A stretch of 64,000 bases of DNA from an uncultured archaeon (GTDB lineage Archaea > Halobacteriota > Archaeoglobi > Archaeoglobales > Archaeoglobaceae), in contig CAZFVO010000001.1 of assembly GCA_964522325.1 (NCBI GenBank), positions 3,394 through 67,393 of the forward strand, read 5' to 3'. Below the pieces are notes generated by a model. It saw nothing but the letters and a program-made list of their open reading frames with translations, did not search any database and had not been told where the DNA came from. Positions 19,827 to 29,596 of this stretch are shown here, one piece after another; within the stretch, counting starts at the first letter, position 1, and each line of letters begins with the position of its first letter. The position numbers and the translations under genes were made by a program.

Positions 19827-20864
19827 TTGTTGACTAGTATTTTCTTTGTGGTAAGGGGATTGGAGAGATATACAAAGATTAACAACAACGAAGCTGTAGC
19901 AAAGTTTCAGATAGTTAAAAGAATTGAAGCTGAAAAACCAAGCGACATTAAATCAGCACTTGAACTACATTCATCATTGAAAGAGGAGTTCAAAAGAGTT
20001 CTGAGGGATGAAGGGAAAAATTTAGACTTACTCGAACTTGAACCTCCTAAATACTCATTTCTGGATCTTAAGATATACATTTTAAGGGAGTGGTTGAAGA
20101 ACTGTAACTTCTGTGAAAGACGTTGTGGTGTTAACAGGTACAAGAAGCTTGGATTTTGCAAATGCGGTGTTAGAAGTTACTACTCGAGTGAGTTTCTCCA
20201 TATGGGTGAAGAGCCAGAGTTAATCCCATCTCACACGATATTTTTCAACCGTTGTACGTTTAGATGTGTCTTCTGCCAAAACTACACGATAGTATACAAC
20301 GACGATTATGAAGTAATTCCAGAAGAACTTGCTAAGATCATCGAGATGAGGTACCTTCAAGGTAGTAGAAATGTAAACTTTGTTGGAGGAAATCCAGATC
20401 AACATTCCCATACAATTCTTGAAATCTTAAAACACGTTAGTGTGAACATACCAGTAGTTTGGAATTCAAACATGTACCACTCATCTGAACTTGCTGAGAT
20501 CATTGAAGATATTGTGGATGTTTGGTTGGGTGACTTTAAGTATGGAAACAATAGATGTGCCGAAAAGTATTCAAAAGTTAAGAGGTATTGGGAAGTCGTT
20601 ACGAGAAACTTCTTGAGAGCAAAAGATAATGGAGAGCTACTTATAAGACACTTAGTCATGCCAAATCATATAGAGTGCTGTACCGAAAAGGTTGTGAAGT
20701 GGTGTGCGGAGAATTTAGGACAAGATGTTAGATTTAATCTGATGTTTCAGTATTATCCAACGTTCAAAGCTTGGAACTATCCTGAGATTGCAAGGAGACT
20801 TATTAGGGACGAGATGGAGAAGTCTTTGGAGATAGCTCAGAGATATTTAACAAACTTAGTTTAG
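19827..20864 (+). CDS. Radical SAM protein, PflX-like (pyruvate formate-lyase activase-related). The true start may be GTG 19848.
   Basis: CTFRCVFCQN radical SAM motif preceded by an extra CNFCERRCGVNR Cys cluster. No ATG in the first 100 codons, so a TTG or GTG start is required. Confidence 0.7.
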   Translation: MLTSIFFVVRGLERYTKINNNEAVAKFQIVKRIEAEKPSDIKSALELHSSLKEEFKRVLRDEGKNLDLLELEPPKYSFLDLKIYILREWLKNCNFCERRCGVNRYKKLGFCKCGVRSYYSSEFLHMGEEPELIPSHTIFFNRCTFRCVFCQNYTIVYNDDYEVIPEELAKIIEMRYLQGSRNVNFVGGNPDQHSHTILEILKHVSVNIPVVWNSNMYHSSELAEIIEDIVDVWLGDFKYGNNRCAEKYSKVKRYWEVVTRNFLRAKDNGELLIRHLVMPNHIECCTEKVVKWCAENLGQDVRFNLMFQYYPTFKAWNYPEIARRLIRDEMEKSLEIAQRYLTNLV

Positions 20865-20968
20865 CTAAAAATTATAAATATATAATAGTGTAGTGTAAAG
20901 AATACAATTTAAGATTACACAATTTTCATGATGAGGAAAAACAAATAATCTTTGGAATACTGTAAGAC

Positions 20969-22204
20969 ATGATCGTTTCAAAGAATGATATCTTAAACGT
21001 AAGGAGAAAGATAGATTGGGATTATTACATAGAGAAGGTTAGACCGATAGTTGATAGGGTTAGACAAGAAGGTGATAATGCGCTGATTGATTTTACAATG
21101 CAGTTCGATGGGGTAAAACAGAAGTATCTGAGAGTGCCAAAGGATGAAATTGATAGAGCCTACGATTTGGTTGATGATGAAACTATAGATGCTCTTGAGA
21201 CTGCTAAAGAGAACATAGAGAGATTTCATTCGATAACTGCAGTCGATAGGGACATTAAGATAGACTTTGGAGATTGTATATTAGGAAAGAAATACACACC
21301 AATAGAGAATGTGGGTGTTTACATACCTGGTGGTAGAGCGAGCTATCCTTCAACAGCTTTGATGGCTGGTATTCCAGCTAAGATCGCTGGAGTTAGACGG
21401 CTTATTGCTTGCACACCGCCAGATGAAAAAGGTAAGATCAAACCACTCACACTAGTAGCATGTGATTTGGCTGGATTTGATGAGATATACGCTGTGGGTG
21501 GTGCTCAGGCAATAGCGGGAATGGCTTACGGAACTGAAACTATAAAGCCTGTTGAGAAGATAGTTGGACCCGGAAATGTCTACGTAACAGCTGCCAAACT
21601 TTTGGTTCAGAAGGATGTTGCAATAGATATGCCAGCTGGCCCGTCTGAAATACTTGTAATAGCAGATGAAAATGCAAATCCAGAGTTTATTGCATTTGAT
21701 TGTTTGGCTCAACTTGAACATGATCCAATGGCTTTGGCTATAGTTTTAACTCCATCTAAGGATTTAGCTGAGAAAGTTGATAGAATCGCTCAAGCTGAAG
21801 GAGTGAATTTGAACTTGGAAAACCTCAAGATTTGTGTAGTCAAATCGATTGATGAGGCAATTGAAATTTCGAATAGAATTGCACCTGAGCACTTATCCAT
21901 AGTTTGCAGAAATGCTGAAAGGTATCTTGACAAGATTGAGCATGCAGGAAGTGTCTTTGTTGGGGAGTATAGTCCAGTAGCATGCGGTGACTATGCTAGT
22001 GGAACTAACCACATACTTCCAACATCGGGACATGCAAGGGTTTACTCTGGATTGAGCGTTGAAACGTTCATGAAACACGTGACATATCAAATTCTCACAA
22101 AATCAGCACTGAATAGGATAGCTGAAGCAGTTGTAAGGTTGGCCAAGGCTGAGGGTCTACCTTTCCATGCAAAATCTGTCGAGTTAAGGCTTAGGGAAGA
22201 GTAA
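20969..22204 (+). CDS. hisD: Histidinol dehydrogenase
   Basis: GVYIPGG.A.YPS...M...PAK.AGV, GGAQAIA.MAYGT, QLEHD, PEHL, GDY.SG.NH.LPT. Confidence 0.95.
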   Translation: MIVSKNDILNVRRKIDWDYYIEKVRPIVDRVRQEGDNALIDFTMQFDGVKQKYLRVPKDEIDRAYDLVDDETIDALETAKENIERFHSITAVDRDIKIDFGDCILGKKYTPIENVGVYIPGGRASYPSTALMAGIPAKIAGVRRLIACTPPDEKGKIKPLTLVACDLAGFDEIYAVGGAQAIAGMAYGTETIKPVEKIVGPGNVYVTAAKLLVQKDVAIDMPAGPSEILVIADENANPEFIAFDCLAQLEHDPMALAIVLTPSKDLAEKVDRIAQAEGVNLNLENLKICVVKSIDEAIEISNRIAPEHLSIVCRNAERYLDKIEHAGSVFVGEYSPVACGDYASGTNHILPTSGHARVYSGLSVETFMKHVTYQILTKSALNRIAEAVVRLAKAEGLPFHAKSVELRLREE

Positions 22205-22232
22205 ATATATCGATTGAAATCACCCGATTCCT

Positions 22233-23531
22233 ATGCAGAGGAAGTGGACGAGTGAGATTGGAGAGGAGGATGTAGGCAAGGACGTTCTTCTTTACGGTTG
22301 GGTTCACGAAGTTAGGGATTTGGGTGGCCTCGTTTTCATAATACTGCGAGATAGGGAGGGGTTTATTCAAATTACTTTGCCAAAGAAGAAGGTTCCAGCA
22401 GAGACTTTTGAAGTTGCGAAGAAGGTTAGGAGAGAGAGTGTTTTAAAGGTTATTGGAACCGTAAAGAAGGAGCCAAAAGCTCCACAAGGTTATGAAGTTA
22501 TACCTAAAGTTATAGAAGTTCTAAACGAAGCTGAAGCTCCTTTACCCTTGGAAGTTACGGAAAAGGTTCCAGCTGAACTAGATACACGTTTGGATCACAG
22601 GTTCATGGATCTAAGAAAACCGAGAATTCAAGCCATATTCCGAATAAGACATCAGATGCTTCAAAGTGTAAGATCTTTTCTGTGTGAACACGGCTTTATC
22701 GAGGTAAACACGCCAAAGATCGTTTCAACTGCAACGGAAGGAGGTACGGAACTTTTCCCAATAAGCTACTTCGAAAAAGAAGCATTCCTAAATCAGAGTC
22801 CACAGTTGTACAAACAAGTCTTAATGTCGGCTGGATTTGAGAGGGTTTTTGAGATAGGGCCAATCTTTAGAGCTGAAGAACACAATACTACGAGACATCT
22901 AAACGAGGCAATCTCTATAGACATAGAGATGAGCTTCACTGATCACCATGGTGTTATGAACATACTTGAAAGATTGATAGTAAGGGTTTACGAGGACGTT
23001 ATCGAGAACTGTGAAAAATTCTTGAGATGGCTCGACTTGGAGCTTGAGGTGCCGAGTTTACCATTTGAGAGGATAACTTACGATGAGGCTCTTGAGATAG
23101 CAAGGAGAAAGGGAGAAGAAATTCCTTGGGGTGAAGATCTAACAACTCCAGCTCTGAAAGCTTTGGCTGAGGAAATTGGAGATGTTCACTACTTCATAGT
23201 TGATTGGCCAACGGAGTGCAAGCCATTCTATGCAATGCCCTATGAGGATAAGCCAGAAGTTTGCAAGAGCTTTGATTTGATGAAAGGACATTTAGAGCTT
23301 GCAAGCGGAACTCAGAGAATTCATCGCTACGACATGCTCGTTGAAAGCATAAAGTCTAAGGGACTTAACCCTGAAAGCTTTGGCTTTTACTTGGAAGCGT
23401 TTAGATACGGTATGCCACCTCACGCTGGCTGGGGACTTGGTGCTGAGAGGTTACTTATGTCCATGCTCAATTTGAAGAACATAAGAGAAGCAACTCTGTT
23501 CCCGAGGGATAGACATAGGTTAATTCCTTAG
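22233..23531 (+). CDS. aspS: Aspartyl-tRNA synthetase (archaeal type, class IIb)
   Basis: OB anticodon-binding N domain plus class II motifs ([19 protein letters not shown]). Confidence 0.95.
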   Translation: MQRKWTSEIGEEDVGKDVLLYGWVHEVRDLGGLVFIILRDREGFIQITLPKKKVPAETFEVAKKVRRESVLKVIGTVKKEPKAPQGYEVIPKVIEVLNEAEAPLPLEVTEKVPAELDTRLDHRFMDLRKPRIQAIFRIRHQMLQSVRSFLCEHGFIEVNTPKIVSTATEGGTELFPISYFEKEAFLNQSPQLYKQVLMSAGFERVFEIGPIFRAEEHNTTRHLNEAISIDIEMSFTDHHGVMNILERLIVRVYEDVIENCEKFLRWLDLELEVPSLPFERITYDEALEIARRKGEEIPWGEDLTTPALKALAEEIGDVHYFIVDWPTECKPFYAMPYEDKPEVCKSFDLMKGHLELASGTQRIHRYDMLVESIKSKGLNPESFGFYLEAFRYGMPPHAGWGLGAERLLMSMLNLKNIREATLFPRDRHRLIP

Positions 23532-23590
23532 CCTCAGACCGTCGTGAAGTCATCACAACTCAGACTATCGGGGAGTCATCATCGGTTAGG
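23531..23590 (-). ncRNA. Box C/D sRNA (2'-O-methylation guide)
   Basis: Reverse strand reads CCG AUGAUGA CUCCCCGAUAGU CUGA GUU GUGAUGA CUUCACGACGGU CUGA GGC. Canonical C/D'/C'/D with two 12-nt guides and a 3-nt spacer. Confidence 0.8.
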
Positions 23591-23619
23591 TTAAGTAGTT
23601 TAGACTGTTTAAAAGTTGT

Positions 23620-24495
23620 ATGATCGCTTCAGCCCCAGGAAAGGTCATACTCTTTGGAGAACATGCTGTAGTTTACGGTAGGCATGCTGTAGTTTCAGCG
23701 ATAAATTTGAGATGCTACGCTAAAGCGGAGAAGAACAGTGAGATCGTCATTGAATCTCCTCTCGGAAAAACTGGTTTGGATTTTGAAGTGCATCCCTACG
23801 TAAGCTATGCGTTAAAGAGGTTTTCTGAAATTAAACCTATTAAAGGAGTTTACATCAAAATTTGGAGTGATATACCCATAGCTTCTGGTTTAGGGAGTTC
23901 ATCGGCAGTTACTGTAGCTGTTATTAAGGCTTTGGATCTTCTGTTTGAAACTAGTCTTGGCAGGGAGGAGATATTTGAGATTGCAAGAAGGGTTGAGCTT
24001 GATGTTCAGGGAATTGGAAGTGGAACAGATCCGTTCATATCAACCTTTGGAGGTACTTGGATTATACCTAAAAGGGAGAGGCTTGATGTTGGTGAAATCA
24101 ATTTGACCGTGATAAATACCAAGAAGAAGTCGATAACGTCTGATATGGTTAAGATGGTTGCGGAGCTGAGGGATAAGTATAAAGATGTTGTTGAAAGGAT
24201 ATTTGATGCAATAGATTCAATAGCTCTTCGAGGAGCTCTTGCCTTAAAATCTTCCAACTTTGATGAATTGTCATTCCTAATTAGGACAAATCAGCTACTT
24301 CTGAAGGCCTTGGGTGTAAGCTGTAAGGAAATAGATGAAATCGTCGAAAGGCTTGACAGAATGGGTGTTCCAGCGAAGATAACTGGTGCTGGCGGAGGAG
24401 GTTGCGTCATAGCGTTAGGAAATGTTAATCTAAGGGATTACGAATGTTTCAACGTTTCTCTGAATGCAGAAGGTGTGAGGGAGGAAAAGGTTTAA
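23620..24495 (+). CDS. mvk: Mevalonate kinase
   Basis: MIASAPGKVILFGEHAVVYG, GLGSSSA, KITGAGGGGC (GHMP kinase motifs). Confidence 0.9.
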   Translation: MIASAPGKVILFGEHAVVYGRHAVVSAINLRCYAKAEKNSEIVIESPLGKTGLDFEVHPYVSYALKRFSEIKPIKGVYIKIWSDIPIASGLGSSSAVTVAVIKALDLLFETSLGREEIFEIARRVELDVQGIGSGTDPFISTFGGTWIIPKRERLDVGEINLTVINTKKKSITSDMVKMVAELRDKYKDVVERIFDAIDSIALRGALALKSSNFDELSFLIRTNQLLLKALGVSCKEIDEIVERLDRMGVPAKITGAGGGGCVIALGNVNLRDYECFNVSLNAEGVREEKV

Positions 24496-24539
24496 ATAAT
24501 ATGGCTTGAAGTTGAAAGAAAGAAGTTGGGGGATCGAAA

Positions 24540-24797
24540 TTGGCGGAGATAACGGAAGTTAGAATATATAAAACCAAAGGGAATGGAGCTGTAAAGGCGT
24601 ATGCATCTGTCAGTTTGGACAACGAGTTTGTGGTAAAGGGGTTGAAAGTTGTTGAGAGTGAGAAGGGAATAAGGGTTTTGATGCCAAGCAGAAAGACGAA
24701 GGATGGAAGCTATCAGGACATATTCCATCCTATGAGTAAGGAGGCAAGAGAAAAGATTGTAGATGCAGTTTTAAAAGCCTATAGAGAGCAGATATAA
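24540..24797 (+). CDS. spoVG: SpoVG-family protein (TTG start)
   Basis: EITEVRIYK..G.G.VKAYASVSLDNEFVVKGLKVVESEKGIRVLMPSRKTKDGSYQDIFHP.SKEAREKI.DAVL.AY parallels bacterial SpoVG along its full length (comparison with B. subtilis SpoVG from memory). Confidence 0.75.
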   Translation: MAEITEVRIYKTKGNGAVKAYASVSLDNEFVVKGLKVVESEKGIRVLMPSRKTKDGSYQDIFHPMSKEAREKIVDAVLKAYREQI

Positions 24798-24803
24798 TTA
24801 AAA

Positions 24804-25400
24804 ATGTTACATAGAATTTTTAAAATTTTAAGAAATATTTTTAATAAATATAAAATTTACTCTCAGGTAACAGATATATCTTCAATTTCACGGAGGTATT
24901 TTGTCATTGGATATTTTGATGGAGTTTTGACAATAATGGGTCTGATAATGGGTGCTCATCTAAGCGGAGAAGCTTCAAATACGATCGTAATAAGTGCTGG
25001 ATTTGCAACGGCATTGGCTTTGGGTATATCGAGTGGTTTTGGAGCTTACGAGGCTGAAATAATAGAGCAGAGTATAAGGTTAAAAGAGATTGAAAAGGCT
25101 ATGCTTTCTGAAGTTAAAGGGATAATAGAATCCGCTCACAGAGTAGCAGTATACATCTCATCTTTAATTCATGCAATTGCTCCTCTTATCGGAGCTTTGA
25201 TACCTCTCATACCTTACTTCATACTCCCAGCAGAGGTTGCATACTACGATGCTTTAACACTTGGATTCCTTTCTCTGTTTGCAGTGGGATTTACGTTTGG
25301 AAGACTTTCAAAGGAAAATGTAATGGTAGCTGGATTGAAGTTTGTCTTGGCTGGTGTGATAACTTTGATAATTGTAACAATATTGAACCCAGCTCATTAG
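24804..25400 (+). CDS. VIT1/CCC1-like (DUF125) membrane protein, putative Fe/Mn transporter
   Basis: RRYFVIGYFDGVLTIMGLIMG followed by several TM helices. Family call is tentative. Confidence 0.5.
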   Translation: MLHRIFKILRNIFNKYKIYSQVTDISSISRRYFVIGYFDGVLTIMGLIMGAHLSGEASNTIVISAGFATALALGISSGFGAYEAEIIEQSIRLKEIEKAMLSEVKGIIESAHRVAVYISSLIHAIAPLIGALIPLIPYFILPAEVAYYDALTLGFLSLFAVGFTFGRLSKENVMVAGLKFVLAGVITLIIVTILNPAH

Positions 25401-25454
25401 CTCAGATAGCGTAACAGTCATCACTCATCAGAGGCGGGAGTAGTCATCATCGCT
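25399..25454 (-). ncRNA. Box C/D sRNA overlapping the 3' end of the hydrogenase maturation protease ORF
   Basis: Reverse strand reads AGC G AUGAUGA CUACUCCCGCCU CUGA UGA GUGAUGA CUGUUACGCUAU CUGA GCU. Canonical boxes, 12-nt guides and a 3-bp terminal stem AGC/GCU. Confidence 0.8.
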
Positions 25455-25891
25455 TGTTTTACTATCTCTTTTACAGTCTTTATAGCTTTTGGTATTGCAG
25501 ATTCAACTGGTTTCGATAATCCAATACCAAATTCAATTTTCTGTGGTTCAACCCCTACAACCTTTATCTTTGGCAATCTGTAAGCGAAACTGCAGAACTT
25601 TAAAGCTTCAACCAATCCTATATCGTGCAAGCTTATCGGATTCGATGTTTCAAACTCTACATCATCCCAATCGAATACGTACAGTTCACCAGGTTTTCCA
25701 CCCATCTTAACCACATCGACTATTATGCATAGCTCTTTACCTTCGATGTAATCTAAGATCTGCAATCCTAATGTTGCACAATCATAAATCTCAGCTGGTA
25801 AATTTATCTTCCTAAGTTCTTCAACAACTCTAACACCGAATCCGTCATCTCCCATAAGAACATTACCCACACCTATGACAACAATCTTCAC
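25421..25891 (-). CDS. vhtD: [NiFe] hydrogenase maturation endopeptidase (HyaD/HycI/VhtD-like)
   Basis: MKIVVIGVGNVLMGDDGFG, ...SLHD.GL. Last gene of the hydrogenase operon. Confidence 0.85.
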   Translation of the reverse strand: MKIVVIGVGNVLMGDDGFGVRVVEELRKINLPAEIYDCATLGLQILDYIEGKELCIIVDVVKMGGKPGELYVFDWDDVEFETSNPISLHDIGLVEALKFCSFAYRLPKIKVVGVEPQKIEFGIGLSKPVESAIPKAIKTVKEIVKQAMMTTPASDE

Positions 25892-25943
25892 AAACTAAAC
25901 TTACAAGAAGTTTTTAAGAGTTTAACGAAAATTAAAAAATCGA

Positions 25944-26615
25944 TTACTCCTCAACAACCTTTTCCTTTCTCTTTCCAGTAAACATCGATAGCAAGACACC
26001 AAAGATAACTACTGCATACATGTGCATGAACATCACTAGGCCGAATAGATACATGCCCAATCTGTGTAAGGCTCTGAGGAATGTGTAGCCGTCCATCTGT
26101 CCTGCTGGATTGAACCAGTTACCTATCGCTTGAGCCAAATCAACTATAGGCTTCAACTGTTCTGGATAGTACATGGCAAACCCAGTTATACCCATGAGCA
26201 AAGCCAAAAGTACATAGATCCACCAGACTATAACCTGAGTGGGAACAATCTTTTCAACGTAATCCCTCCTCTTCAAGCTGTATCCTCTCGGATCTTCCAC
26301 GTGGGGTCCAAGTAAACACCATGCTAAAGCCTCCTTATACAGAAATTTTATGCTGTATGGTATTCTACCCAAAGAGATCCACTTCCACTCCTTTGCGATC
26401 ATGTAATAGCCGAACAAGCCCCAAAGGCAACCAAAAACGAATGCTACCGTTATGTGGATTGCCAAGACGTTCTCACCGAAAATTCTGACTCCATATAGGC
26501 CACCAAGCTCCATACCACTCAATGCCAAGATTATACCAGTGATCACTATGCTCCAGTGCACCAATCTAATAAAAAGGGAATGGCGTTGAACCTCTACGTA
26601 CTTCATGTCCATCAC
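25944..26615 (-). CDS. vhtC: Cytochrome b subunit of a membrane-bound [NiFe] hydrogenase
   Basis: Four to five TM helices with conserved His residues (RLVHW, AIHITVAF, ALHRLGMY). ATGA overlap with the large-subunit stop. Confidence 0.8.
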   Translation of the reverse strand: MMDMKYVEVQRHSLFIRLVHWSIVITGIILALSGMELGGLYGVRIFGENVLAIHITVAFVFGCLWGLFGYYMIAKEWKWISLGRIPYSIKFLYKEALAWCLLGPHVEDPRGYSLKRRDYVEKIVPTQVIVWWIYVLLALLMGITGFAMYYPEQLKPIVDLAQAIGNWFNPAGQMDGYTFLRALHRLGMYLFGLVMFMHMYAVVIFGVLLSMFTGKRKEKVVEE

Positions 26616-28348
26616 CTTAATTTAACCTGAATCGCATGAGTACCACAGGCTATGCATGGATCAAAGCTTCTGACTATGGCCAAAGCCAAAGATACGTTGT
26701 ACTTGTTTCCATCCTTCGCTGGTTCCATGTTAATTTCGGCAAGACCTAAATGGGTCAATGCTTTGGCTAGGGCATCACCCCACTTCACCTTAGTTCCATT
26801 TAGCGGTATATCCTCCTCGCTCCATACGGCATTGCATATCTCTGGAACACTAAGCGGTGGTAGTGGACAACCTTCAAGCGACTTCTCTACAGCACCTGGC
26901 CTACCCTGATCGTCTCTCGGTCCAAGGTTCCAAGTCGATGGAACTACACACTGGTAGTTTTCAATGACCTTGTTCTTTATCTTGACATAGTGCAATAGCG
27001 CCCCTCTTGGAGCTTCCCAGAATCCCCATCCCTCTCCAGTCTCAGGAACGAACTTGTAGTCTGGTATCTTTGGATTTACAATTGGATGCACACTTGCGAC
27101 ACCCTTTAGTTCTATTGCCCACTCTATGACCTTAGCTGTAAACCACAGAGCTTGAATTATTCTTGAAGCAACCCTGTCTATGACAGAACCTTTTGGATTC
27201 ATGACTTTCCAGTCCACACTAACGGTTTCACCAGTTATTGGGTTAGTTACATCCAATTTCCATCTTTCACCGAACGTTACCATCATCCTTGCCATCGGTC
27301 CTACTTCCATCACTTCTCCAGCATACCTTGGTGCCTTCATCCATGCGTAAGCGTTCGGCTTATCTTTCTTTACAAGGTCAACAGTCATCTCGTATTCCCA
27401 AGGTCTCTTCCCACTTATGGAATCATCGTATCTTGAGTACTTCACATCTTCAGTTATCTTCTCTCTCTCCAAAGGTACAAGCTTTCCGTTCATCCAAGCT
27501 CCAGCCTTAATTACAGCCTTTTCTCTAAATCCTGGTTCACCATACTGAACCTTTATCCAGTTGTCGTAGTCTTCATGATCTGGGAACAGACCATAGCTTA
27601 GGAAGTTTCCGTAGTTTGCGCCCAAGTCCTGCAGACCTCTGAAGTTCAATCCTGTTATCTCGCTAACCTTCTCACCAAATATTTCGTTGTTCTCTCTAAT
27701 AGCCTGCAAGTCTTTTATGGCTACGTGAGCACAGAAGTCCCATACGGCCATAGCCTTCTCGATTGTTTGTGCAATTCTATCCAAGGTTGGTTTAACAGTT
27801 ACACCACCTGGATATTCGCTCATGTGGTGTGGGAACTTACCTCCCCAAAGCGCAACTATTTGGTTCGCTATTCTCTGAGCCTGAACACAACCAGCGTAGC
27901 TTGAACCCAATCCCAACTTTTCTATCCCACTCTTACCCAAAACTGGTGGAACCATCGGCGGATACTTGCAGACTATTCCTATCTCTGGTCCTACGAGGAG
28001 GTAGGTATGTATCAGGTGGTCGTAGACGTAGTATGCACCTTGAATTATGTTTCTAATTAATACTGCTGTTGGTGTCGGAGGTGCGTCAAAAGCCTGATCC
28101 AGAGCTTGAATGCTCGCTTCAGCATGAGCAGCAGGACAAACTCCGCAGATCCTCTGGGTTATATAGAAAGCATCCCTTGGATCTCTTCCCTTCAAAATTA
28201 TCTCGAATCCTCTAAACAGATTTGTTAGGCTATAAGCTTTGTCAACAACCTTCCATGCTCCAGCATTTGTCTCAACATCCTTCGTTATAAGCTTAATCCC
28301 CAAGTGCCCCTCAATCCTCGTAACTGGATCAACAACCAACTCGGTCAT
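26612..28348 (-). CDS. vhtA: [NiFe] hydrogenase large subunit (group 1, Cys-type)
   Basis: N-terminal RIEGHLGI and RICGVCP. C-terminal DPCIACGTHA nickel-binding motifs. Confidence 0.95.
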   Translation of the reverse strand: MTELVVDPVTRIEGHLGIKLITKDVETNAGAWKVVDKAYSLTNLFRGFEIILKGRDPRDAFYITQRICGVCPAAHAEASIQALDQAFDAPPTPTAVLIRNIIQGAYYVYDHLIHTYLLVGPEIGIVCKYPPMVPPVLGKSGIEKLGLGSSYAGCVQAQRIANQIVALWGGKFPHHMSEYPGGVTVKPTLDRIAQTIEKAMAVWDFCAHVAIKDLQAIRENNEIFGEKVSEITGLNFRGLQDLGANYGNFLSYGLFPDHEDYDNWIKVQYGEPGFREKAVIKAGAWMNGKLVPLEREKITEDVKYSRYDDSISGKRPWEYEMTVDLVKKDKPNAYAWMKAPRYAGEVMEVGPMARMMVTFGERWKLDVTNPITGETVSVDWKVMNPKGSVIDRVASRIIQALWFTAKVIEWAIELKGVASVHPIVNPKIPDYKFVPETGEGWGFWEAPRGALLHYVKIKNKVIENYQCVVPSTWNLGPRDDQGRPGAVEKSLEGCPLPPLSVPEICNAVWSEEDIPLNGTKVKWGDALAKALTHLGLAEINMEPAKDGNKYNVSLALAIVRSFDPCIACGTHAIQVKLR

Positions 28349-28354
28349 AAATCA

Positions 28355-29443
28355 TCACTCCTCCTCTTTCTTTTTATGCTCTCTCACACCTACATGCCTA
28401 ACAGCATGTATACCAATTCCTATGAGCGTAGCTCCAAGCAATCCGGCACCGATCATCTCTGCACCAACTCCAAAGACCTTTGGCAACTCAGAAACTTCAG
28501 CGTAGAACGGTGAGAATTTGTCAGGCCATCCTGGCTCCGCACAACCTATGCATATGTTCGTTTCAACGCAATAGCTCGTACCTTCATTCCACTTTCTCAA
28601 TGCACAATCTGTGTTGCAAATTGGCCCTTTACAACCCATCTTAAATCTGCAACCCTCTTCTCCTGGTTTGGTTATGAATATACCTCTGTCATAGTATGGT
28701 CTGTATGGACAGAGTTCGTTGTGCATGTTCCTTCCAAAGAACACCTTAGGCCTGTTATACTCATCAAGCTCAAGATCGACACCCAATATAACAGCAGATA
28801 AGGCTATAATTAAGTGGTCTGGGTTTACGGGGCAACATGGTATGTTTATGACTGTCTTATTTATACCATTCTCATACAAGAACTCCTGAACACCTTTTGC
28901 GTTCGTTGGATTGGGTTCTCCATTCCAAGGCTTTGCACCTGGTATGCCTCCAAACGTTGCACATTGCCCCACTGCAATTATAACATCCGCGACCTTTGCA
29001 CAGTCAAGTAAGCGATCTCTGAAGTCTACCTCAATTAAGTTTCCATTCACGTAACCTCTATGAACTGTGCAAAAGCCAGGATCTTGGACGGCACCCTCAA
29101 CAACCAGTATCTTCTTTGTCTTAGCATTCTTCCATCTCTCTATACCCTCCTCTGCAACCGTTCCAGCTGCCGGATGAATAGTTTCCATGTAATCAGGTAA
29201 AGCTATTGGTAACCCAGAGCTACCAACCAAGATGTCCGTCAAAACGCTCACTAAGTCTGGATCACCAAGCTGTGCAAAGGATATTGTACAACCCGTACAT
29301 GATGCCCCATTGAGCCAGCAGATGTGGTAATAGTCTTTAACCTCTTCGAGAGCTTTGACAAGATCTGACTTGTATGTCGTTAGAAAGGCGCTTGCACCCA
29401 TTGCACCTACGAGCTTTAGAAAATTCCTTCTACTCAACTTCAT
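28355..29443 (-). CDS. vhtG: [NiFe] hydrogenase small subunit with twin-arginine signal peptide and C-terminal TM anchor
   Basis: MKLSRRNFLK Tat motif, Fe-S cluster cysteines (GASCTGC, CPVNP, CIGCAEP). Start taken at Met9 of the ORF. Confidence 0.9.
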   Translation of the reverse strand: MKLSRRNFLKLVGAMGASAFLTTYKSDLVKALEEVKDYYHICWLNGASCTGCTISFAQLGDPDLVSVLTDILVGSSGLPIALPDYMETIHPAAGTVAEEGIERWKNAKTKKILVVEGAVQDPGFCTVHRGYVNGNLIEVDFRDRLLDCAKVADVIIAVGQCATFGGIPGAKPWNGEPNPTNAKGVQEFLYENGINKTVINIPCCPVNPDHLIIALSAVILGVDLELDEYNRPKVFFGRNMHNELCPYRPYYDRGIFITKPGEEGCRFKMGCKGPICNTDCALRKWNEGTSYCVETNICIGCAEPGWPDKFSPFYAEVSELPKVFGVGAEMIGAGLLGATLIGIGIHAVRHVGVREHKKKEEE

Positions 29444-29596
29444 AGAACCACCTTTAAATATGTCCATGATGTAATATTTAAGCTTTTTTCTTAATGAAGA
29501 ATTAAAATTATTATTTTGTAAAGTATTGGTAACACATATTATGAATAGTTTATAAGCATTGAATAAAATTACATTTTAAAATATTAAAATATAATT

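Noticed and set aside
20927-20968. ATGATGA box upstream of hisD, and GTGATGA at 2901 upstream of the first CoA ligase
   Set aside because: No CUGA boxes at 12-nt spacing. The 2901 site is part of a GAGGTGAT Shine-Dalgarno sequence.
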